DNA of 64,000 nucleotides from a virus: IMG/VR virus record IMGVR_UViG_3300028653_000010; one strand, 5' to 3'. Shown piece by piece: positions 55,315 to 64,000 of this stretch (position 1 is its first letter; each line of letters starts with the position of its first letter). The notes under the pieces were generated by a model. It saw only the letters and a program-made list of their open reading frames with translations, ran no database searches and was not told where the DNA came from. The position numbers and the translations under genes were made by a program.

Positions 55315-57261
55315 TCAGCGAACTGGGCACACACCGCTGGAACACTCTTCAACCTCGAAGTCGCCACCACGCACCAAAGGATGCTTGTGGTCAATCATGG
55401 AGTATAGACGTTCATACTCATCCTTTGAGCAAGCCTCTAGAGGAGCCTGAGCATACCCATGTACCTTCGGAAGGGTAGAGGTACTCTTGAGGTACGGTAC
55501 ATACTCCTTCAAGCAATCAGCCAACTCAGCGCGCTCACTCTCGGCAAATGATAAGGTAGCAGAGACAGCATTATCTGCCCACGAACCCTGAACGGCCTTC
55601 TGTCGATCGAACTGATCACGAATGGTCTCATTCTGAACAGTAACATGATCATTCAAGGACTTCATTGGGAAAGCGAACACCCAAGTATGCCCACTCGTGT
55701 CGTAGACATCATCTTCGAAGGGTACCCCAGCTTCTGCCATTGCCAACGCCATAGGGTCGTTCTTGGCGATCCTGGTGCGTCGAAGGTAGTAAGCAGCGTA
55801 GGGGGCGTGAATGCCTGGGCTTGACCCATTGAGTAAGGAGATAGTCCCTGAGGGTTTGACTGTTGTAACAGCAATTGGATCAGCCACTCCAAGTTCTTTG
55901 GAGTACGAGGTAGCTTCATCACGACACAACTGATACCATCGGCTCAATTGGGGTTGAGTCCAATCGAAGTCACAGAGACCTCCGAGTCCTACTCCAACTC
56001 GCATGTTCTGCTTCTGAACGCTGTCAGCCCGCTCATCTAGGAGTGGAGTCAACCTCTGGCGCAAGCAGTAGCGAGTGATGAGCTTGAATACCAGGTCAGA
56101 ATCAGTGTTAGCCTCGAACTTAGCCGGGAAGACCTCAGCTAGGTTGCATGCTTCACGGTCATGAAGAGGTACTTCACCACAAGGATTGACCCCTTTAGCT
56201 CCGGCATCAGTCTTCCATACGAGCGGTAAGTTGAGGATCCCAGGCTCCCCACTACCATTCTCGGCCATGTCCTGTACGAGGGAATCCCAGTCGAAGTTCT
56301 GGAGTTGCTCCCAAGAACGGAAGGCGATCGTATTGTTGGACGTGTGTCGGTGAGAGATCACCTTGTCCATGTCCTTCTTCGCATCTCGGAAAGCCTGGTC
56401 ATAGGCATCGCCGATAGCAATCAGAGCTGAACGACGAACGTTACCCGCCTTGATGCAAAGACCGATGTAATTGGTAATATCCAAGGCCTCAACCGAGTTG
56501 AGACGTCGACCAGCAGCTCCACGAACTATCAGCCATGAGTTGCGCAGAAGATTGGTGAGCGGTCCGGGACCGCAAGCGATACCACCAAAAGTTCGAATCG
56601 GCATACCCCGGGCACGAACCTCTGAGACATCGACAATCAAGTCCTTGGCATAGAAGGCAGAGGTGAGTACGGTACGAAGCGCCTCAACCCAACCCTCGCG
56701 CGAGTCAGGTACTCGGAATATTGGGGTCTGACCGTTGAGGTAGCTCTTTGCATTCGGATTGACATCATTGACGTCGGGGTGGATATCCGAGCAGAGCACA
56801 GAGAACCTAGCCTGAGGCTCTCGTTGAACCACTGGAAGAGTATCGATCTCCCCTAGGCCAACGCCTACGCCACCACCGAGCATAAGTTGATTGGCAGTCC
56901 AGCACCAGTCGTCGATCCCATAGAGGGTCGTGTACCAGCAATTGTAACGAGCATCCGCTGGGATCCCTTCAACCCCACCTGTCCAGAGACCACGACCTGG
57001 AGGAAGGGCTTGACCCGTCCAGAACAGGTGGAACAGGATCTTTGCTTCCTGCTCATTAATCGCTGCAGCCATAGATAGGTTGGCTTCCACAACACGACGT
57101 ATCGTGTCAGTCCACGTTTCCTTACCCCTGCAGTACTTGTTGAGGTAAGTAGACCTCGCCAGCAAGCTCTGAAACGGATCACCCTCTTTATAGTAGGGCG
57201 ATAAGAAGTCCTCGGAAAAACGAAATCTCTTCGGTTTCAGAGTAGCATTTATGATCAACAT
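55315..57261 (-). CDS. nrdJ: Class II (adenosylcobalamin-dependent) ribonucleotide reductase
   Basis: PPGRGLW, NC, GGGVG, GNVRRSA, NPCGE, CNLAE, TVKPSGT, C-terminal CSSGVCPVR. Confidence 0.9.
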   Translation of the reverse strand: MLIINATLKPKRFRFSEDFLSPYYKEGDPFQSLLARSTYLNKYCRGKETWTDTIRRVVEANLSMAAAINEQEAKILFHLFWTGQALPPGRGLWTGGVEGIPADARYNCWYTTLYGIDDWCWTANQLMLGGGVGVGLGEIDTLPVVQREPQARFSVLCSDIHPDVNDVNPNAKSYLNGQTPIFRVPDSREGWVEALRTVLTSAFYAKDLIVDVSEVRARGMPIRTFGGIACGPGPLTNLLRNSWLIVRGAAGRRLNSVEALDITNYIGLCIKAGNVRRSALIAIGDAYDQAFRDAKKDMDKVISHRHTSNNTIAFRSWEQLQNFDWDSLVQDMAENGSGEPGILNLPLVWKTDAGAKGVNPCGEVPLHDREACNLAEVFPAKFEANTDSDLVFKLITRYCLRQRLTPLLDERADSVQKQNMRVGVGLGGLCDFDWTQPQLSRWYQLCRDEATSYSKELGVADPIAVTTVKPSGTISLLNGSSPGIHAPYAAYYLRRTRIAKNDPMALAMAEAGVPFEDDVYDTSGHTWVFAFPMKSLNDHVTVQNETIRDQFDRQKAVQGSWADNAVSATLSFAESERAELADCLKEYVPYLKSTSTLPKVHGYAQAPLEACSKDEYERLYSMIDHKHPLVRGGDFEVEECSSGVCPVR

Positions 57262-57276
57262 TTGAGGCCAACTCCT

Positions 57277-58254
57277 TTAGGACGCAAGTTCATACACAGC
57301 CAATTCAACGAGGGTTCTTCGGTGGCTGGTACGTTTCAGATCTACATCTAATCTGGATAACATCTGCATATTGCTGACAAGCTTCGCTACCGTTTGCCTC
57401 TCAGCTTGAGGTAGTACAGCCTTTTTGAAGCGATACGGGTGCATACCCAAACGACCAGCTATATCGTCCGGGGACACCCCTTTATCTAACAGTGAACGAG
57501 TGACGAACAGTCGCTCTACACCTTTGATCAAAGCTCCCAAGATCATGAGTGATGGATCCTCAGGAGCATACTTGAAAACCTGGGATACTTGAACTAGAGC
57601 TTTCTTCCAATTCTTCAAGAATACTGAGTCGGCTACATCCCACGAAGCTAAGTTACTAGTGGGGGCCATGACGAGATCCAAGTGCTCTTTAGTTACAATA
57701 CCCTTGCCGAGTAGTAACTTGAGCTTGTGGACCTCACTTGAAAGTCGGTACAGGTCATCGCCTGCCACCTTGAACATGAAGGTACCGATAGCACTGTCGA
57801 TCTTCAGACCAAGACGTGCAGCTTCATCCTGAACCCACTTCACAACATCATTGTTGTCCTCCCAGGTCTTGAGCTTCTTGTACTCTCGGATAACAGCCTT
57901 GGGCCCCAACTTGGACCAAGCTCCCGTAACCGAAGCAGACCTAAAAATACCAACTAGAATTGCAGACAGATCCTTGGCTTCCAGACCATCCAGGTACGAT
58001 TTGAGAGCCTTATCAACCTTTACCTTGTGTGCATTATCAACAATCACTAAGTTAGTTGGGGAGTTGTCTAAGTCGTCGAAGTTGATCTGATTAGAGACGC
58101 ATGTGGACACTACCTTAGAGCCACTAACCTCAGAACCATCAAGATAGGTAATCGCGTACCCCTTGGTACTACCAAACATCTTGATATCCTGATCTAGGAA
58201 GAATGGTTCCTCGCCAAAAGACACGACTACTGGTGTTGTGAATCGAAATCCCAT
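57277..58254 (-). CDS. holA: DNA polymerase III delta subunit
   Basis: FGEEPFF, GDDLYRLSSEVHKL, WDVADSV, LGMHPYR, L..LDVDLK. Confidence 0.8.
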   Translation of the reverse strand: MGFRFTTPVVVSFGEEPFFLDQDIKMFGSTKGYAITYLDGSEVSGSKVVSTCVSNQINFDDLDNSPTNLVIVDNAHKVKVDKALKSYLDGLEAKDLSAILVGIFRSASVTGAWSKLGPKAVIREYKKLKTWEDNNDVVKWVQDEAARLGLKIDSAIGTFMFKVAGDDLYRLSSEVHKLKLLLGKGIVTKEHLDLVMAPTSNLASWDVADSVFLKNWKKALVQVSQVFKYAPEDPSLMILGALIKGVERLFVTRSLLDKGVSPDDIAGRLGMHPYRFKKAVLPQAERQTVAKLVSNMQMLSRLDVDLKRTSHRRTLVELAVYELAS

Positions 58255-58257
58255 GAC

Positions 58258-59208
58258 TCACCCACCACAGAAGGTCGTGGCAAACGCCGACTTCAATTGA
58301 AACCCTAGGTTAACGTATGACGACTCATTCCTGTCACTAACAGTATGTAGGCCCTCCCACAATTTGCTCCAAGTAGAGGACTTTACACGAGATCTCATAG
58401 AAGATAGTTCTTCCTCAAGGTCCTGATTAATGACTCTAGACTGGTCGACACCGCCAACAAGGACATCATGCACCAAGAAGATCAAGAACTTGAGGGTGAG
58501 GTTCAGTTCCTTACTCACCTCATCAATTACTGAGAATGCAGACGACACATCTCCTATCGCGCTGGATTCCAACATGGTAAGCGCACAGTCTCTTAATGTG
58601 AGGCGATTAGCGCCCCAATACTTTATGGCTCGGCCTACCGAACCTTCACCTAGGCGAGCATAGACAAGTGCTTTATTAGGGTCGAGCTCGAACTCAGATA
58701 ACCTCTGAAATATGAAGGATTCAGGCAAACGACGAAAGTTCACCCGACCACACCTTGAGCGAATGGTAGGTATCACCTGGTCGTACGATTCTGCTAGGAG
58801 AAAGAACCTAGACAACGCAGGTGGTTCCTCAATCTTCTTCAGAATAGCGTTCGCCGCCGCTGGAGTCATCCGATCCACCCCATCGATAATGAAAAATCTA
58901 TGTGGTGCTGAGATCGGGTGCATTACCGAGCGGTCTAGCATCTCACGTATCGGTTCGACTCCAATCTCCTTACCCTCTGGAGCCGATACAGTGACTACAT
59001 CAGGGTGAGTTCCGTTCCTCACTTGAATAGCCTCTGGACTGGTGGCGCCCCTCTTGGCTACAACCATCTCCAGCACAACCTTCATTACCGAGGATCGCCG
59101 CCCTGTGCCCTCATCACCAACCAGTAGCAACGGCTTATCTACAAAACCGGCTACAAATCGACGAAGGTATTTAACAGCTTCTTCTTGGCCGACTATGTCA
59201 TCTAACAC
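58258..59208 (-). CDS. holB: DNA polymerase III delta-prime subunit
   Basis: DIVGQ, HPDV, AANAILKKIEEPP, PTIRSRC. Start reassigned to GTG 59208. Confidence 0.88.
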   Translation of the reverse strand: MLDDIVGQEEAVKYLRRFVAGFVDKPLLLVGDEGTGRRSSVMKVVLEMVVAKRGATSPEAIQVRNGTHPDVVTVSAPEGKEIGVEPIREMLDRSVMHPISAPHRFFIIDGVDRMTPAAANAILKKIEEPPALSRFFLLAESYDQVIPTIRSRCGRVNFRRLPESFIFQRLSEFELDPNKALVYARLGEGSVGRAIKYWGANRLTLRDCALTMLESSAIGDVSSAFSVIDEVSKELNLTLKFLIFLVHDVLVGGVDQSRVINQDLEEELSSMRSRVKSSTWSKLWEGLHTVSDRNESSYVNLGFQLKSAFATTFCGG

Positions 59209-59395
59209 TTTCCACCGAAGGCGGGAGGGATAGTTCGTACTTCTTCGGATCAATTGGTTCCAGGAACACACAAACTCTGTAGTTCTGACCACACTTCACA
59301 CAAAGTAACCGTGTGACTTCCTGGCCGCTTGATCCGAGATGGCCTCCACAGCCTTCTTGGGTACACCGCATCACGCCGAGTACTGGGTCACTCAT
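59198..59395 (-). CDS. Small zinc-ribbon protein
   Basis: CTQEGC...CVKCG; overlap-coupled. Confidence 0.5.
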   Translation of the reverse strand: MSDPVLGVMRCTQEGCGGHLGSSGQEVTRLLCVKCGQNYRVCVFLEPIDPKKYELSLPPSVESVR

Positions 59396-60075
59396 TTTGG
59401 TAACAACCCTTTACTCAGCAAAAAGCTATGAACATTGTAGTAAGCCACATCTGAACGAATAGTGTCCCCTTCAATGTCAGCCACGACACCTGCTATCCAA
59501 CTATCGATATCCTTCGGATTTCTAGACATCTTGTAGTAGGACCAATCAAGAAAGTGAGTCCTAATCTTCTGCTTCAGCTGGCTCGAGATAACTCCGAACA
59601 ACCAGTAGTTAGCTGCAAAGGTCATCGCGTACCCTCGCTTCTCCCACTGGACTCTCCACGGACTTGGCCAAGGCGCTAGGACTACAAGACCTAACCCCAA
59701 GTAAACCAATGAGTACAAGGTATGGCCTCCTATCACGCAAGCGATAGAGCCAAATAATAGCGGAATGAATAGAACTTGGGGTAAGAGGTATGAGAACCTA
59801 AACCACCACCCGTGTTGGACAGCATCAAGTAAGTGAACTCTCTCATGCGCTAGCACGATCAATGAATCAACTGGTTTCTTCTCGTACTCAGCCTGAGATG
59901 GAAACCAAACTACCGGGTAGAACGTGGTGATATACCCACTCAAGTACAGTGGGTTAAAGAACAAAAGCACCCCTAGTAACTTCTGAACTAGGCTCTTGTC
60001 CTTCCACTTCACTGAGAAGGTTGGGATATACGACCTAGTGTTAGCCTCAAATTCCTTAAGGGTGCTTAGTTCCAT
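59392..60075 (-). CDS. Membrane protein with HExxH zinc-protease-like motif
   Basis: LAHERVH, a hydrophobic hairpin, then WEKRGY (possible third-ligand Glu). Confidence 0.6.
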   Translation of the reverse strand: MELSTLKEFEANTRSYIPTFSVKWKDKSLVQKLLGVLLFFNPLYLSGYITTFYPVVWFPSQAEYEKKPVDSLIVLAHERVHLLDAVQHGWWFRFSYLLPQVLFIPLLFGSIACVIGGHTLYSLVYLGLGLVVLAPWPSPWRVQWEKRGYAMTFAANYWLFGVISSQLKQKIRTHFLDWSYYKMSRNPKDIDSWIAGVVADIEGDTIRSDVAYYNVHSFLLSKGLLPK

Positions 60076-60082
60076 GATCTAC

Positions 60083-60319
60083 CTAGAAAGCCACATAGCC
60101 GCCAGTTGGTACGCCCCAAATATGCATGCACTCAACGCATTGATACATACGATTGTGAGGGGCCCCCTGGACCTCATTCGTAACCTGCTTGTTCAACTCA
60201 GTAGCTCTAACCGACTTGCACCTCTGGTTTGGGCACTTCAGGTGGATGATCTCAGGTTGAGGTGCTTTTTGGTTTGCAAGACCTGGGTTTACGCCTTGTG
60301 CATCGAATCTATCTGGCAT
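60083..60319 (-). CDS. Small zinc-ribbon protein (TFIIS/RpoM C-terminal-like spacing)
   Basis: CPNQRC...YQCVECMHIW. Confidence 0.55.
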   Translation of the reverse strand: MPDRFDAQGVNPGLANQKAPQPEIIHLKCPNQRCKSVRATELNKQVTNEVQGAPHNRMYQCVECMHIWGVPTGGYVAF

Positions 60320-60327
60320 TTGAATAC

Positions 60328-60714
60328 CTATGAGGATTGAGGGAACGCTACAGTGAACAGTTGATTGAGTACGTCGAGAATTCTCTGGTACAACTCATCA
60401 GTCTGATCAATCGTCGAGGCACTAGCTAGGACTGCAATATGAGCCACGAACAGGGTTGGCTCCGGAATGATGGTTGTATCAAACGACCCATCCGTGACAT
60501 ACGGAAGAATCTTGACCCAATCGTCCCACCTAATGACGACATCGATGATACCAGGGTTGTACAAGCGAACATAGGCGACCTCGTTGAGTACACCTTTGGT
60601 CACTTGAGCCTGATGACGATAGTAGGCAGCCATCGCTCGGGCTACTTCTGGAGTGTCAGCCCTAGTGAGCCGCTCTGGGCGCCGTCCCGCTATCTTGAAC
60701 AGTCTCTGGTCCAC
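60328..60714 (-). CDS. Hypothetical protein
   Basis: 128 aa. Confidence 0.5.
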   Translation of the reverse strand: MDQRLFKIAGRRPERLTRADTPEVARAMAAYYRHQAQVTKGVLNEVAYVRLYNPGIIDVVIRWDDWVKILPYVTDGSFDTTIIPEPTLFVAHIAVLASASTIDQTDELYQRILDVLNQLFTVAFPQSS

Positions 60715-60732
60715 AACTAGGACCAGGGATAA

Positions 60733-63065
<2,333 letters not shown>

Positions 63066-63461
63066 TCATTTACCTTTCCTAACGGACCTAACAACCGAAT
63101 CAATCTCATTTAGGTCCAGATGTGGAGGGTCTGGAGGCCCAAACGACTTCGAGTACGCAATCTCATGAACTCGTTGAGGGTTGAGATCCCCGCGCCGACG
63201 AACCCATGGGCTTGTATCTGCTACCTTGTGCTGTCGACTCTCTAACCAACCTAGAGCATCAAGAAGTACGAGCTGTGCTGTCAACGCTGAGCCGTCCCAA
63301 ACCTCTACTCCATCCGGATTTAGAATTGAAGCTACCCAAGAGGTTTGGTCTTCTGAAGACCCAATCTTGAAGACCCATTCAGGGTCGAGACGGAGCGTTA
63401 CCTCATCTTTGATTCGCTCTTCATCCCAAGTGTAAACTTCAATGTCGAGGCTCATAGTCAA
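63066..63461 (-). CDS. Hypothetical protein
   Basis: 131 aa. Confidence 0.55.
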   Translation of the reverse strand: MTMSLDIEVYTWDEERIKDEVTLRLDPEWVFKIGSSEDQTSWVASILNPDGVEVWDGSALTAQLVLLDALGWLESRQHKVADTSPWVRRRGDLNPQRVHEIAYSKSFGPPDPPHLDLNEIDSVVRSVRKGK

Positions 63462-63988
63462 CCCAATCCGAGGTAGGTAGCTAACTCAACGTTCTCCGGA
63501 AAGTCGAATCGTTGTTCAGCTAGGCTGTCTTGGATAGTGATATCAGGACACAATTTGCATTGACGATCATAGAGGACAGTGTAGACAGCAGCCGCTAGAT
63601 TCACGCAATGTCGTGTGGGTATGACCACGAATCTATGGCAATGCTGCAGGTACATCTGCGGGATAGAGCCATCCTCAGGACCAAATAAGTAGATGGCGTT
63701 CTTCGGGTGATCAAACTGAGGAAGGCTCTCGGAGTTCGGTCGTAGCTCTACCGCTACCGGTACTACATCCTCGAACTGATCAAATACCCGGTCATAATGT
63801 CGAAGCTCGACGTCCCTGTACCCCTTCATACGCTCTTCACGAGGAAGACGCTTCGACCCTTTGAGACCAAGCTCCACTCGATCCCCTGTGAACCAAACTT
63901 GCTTGGCTCCATAACAAGAAGCCGCCCGTAAGGCGGCTCCAACATTATGCGGAAACTTAGGATTGATCAGTACAACAGAAGGGGTCAC
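63458..63988 (-). CDS. SpoU/TrmH-family RNA methyltransferase
   Basis: NPKFPHNVGAALRAA, FGPEDGS, IP...CVNLAAAV (SPOUT knot). Confidence 0.85.
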   Translation of the reverse strand: MTPSVVLINPKFPHNVGAALRAASCYGAKQVWFTGDRVELGLKGSKRLPREERMKGYRDVELRHYDRVFDQFEDVVPVAVELRPNSESLPQFDHPKNAIYLFGPEDGSIPQMYLQHCHRFVVIPTRHCVNLAAAVYTVLYDRQCKLCPDITIQDSLAEQRFDFPENVELATYLGLG

Positions 63989-64000
63989 CCCTTGTGGCTT

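Noticed and set aside
27363-57261. Inteins or introns in terminase, RecA, helicase, ligase or RNR
   Set aside because: Lengths are normal and no splice motifs or interruptions were seen.

Overview
This 64 kb window is part of a large (probably jumbo-class) tailed dsDNA bacteriophage genome. Essentially all credible genes are on the minus strand, tightly packed, with ATGA-type overlaps and the standard genetic code. Reading in transcription order (high to low coordinates) there are three blocks. (1) ~64-35.2 kb, replication/recombination and host takeover: SpoU methyltransferase, GroEL, HolB, HolA, class II RNR, NAD+ ligase, RecD2, gp32-like SSB, RuvC-like resolvase, RecA, a split SbcC with SbcD, a PD-(D/E)XK nuclease, beta clamp, TOPRIM primase, DnaX, a NusG/5'-3' exonuclease fusion and a sigma-region-4-like protein. 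(2) ~35-15.6 kb, packaging and head: terminase, type IB topoisomerase, three tandem decoration-like paralogues, portal, prohead protease, Q-rich scaffold, decoration protein and major capsid protein. (3) ~15.5 kb to the left edge: a LAGLIDADG endonuclease, HU, unknown and virion-like proteins, and neck/head-completion-like genes. The most notable pattern is a recurring [K/R]-x-A-[S/A] motif, with an N-terminal LRVAAR(Y/F) form, in head-module proteins including the topoisomerase IB. It suggests a protease-processed, capsid-packaged cargo system. All product calls come from motif recognition by eye; no database searches were run.
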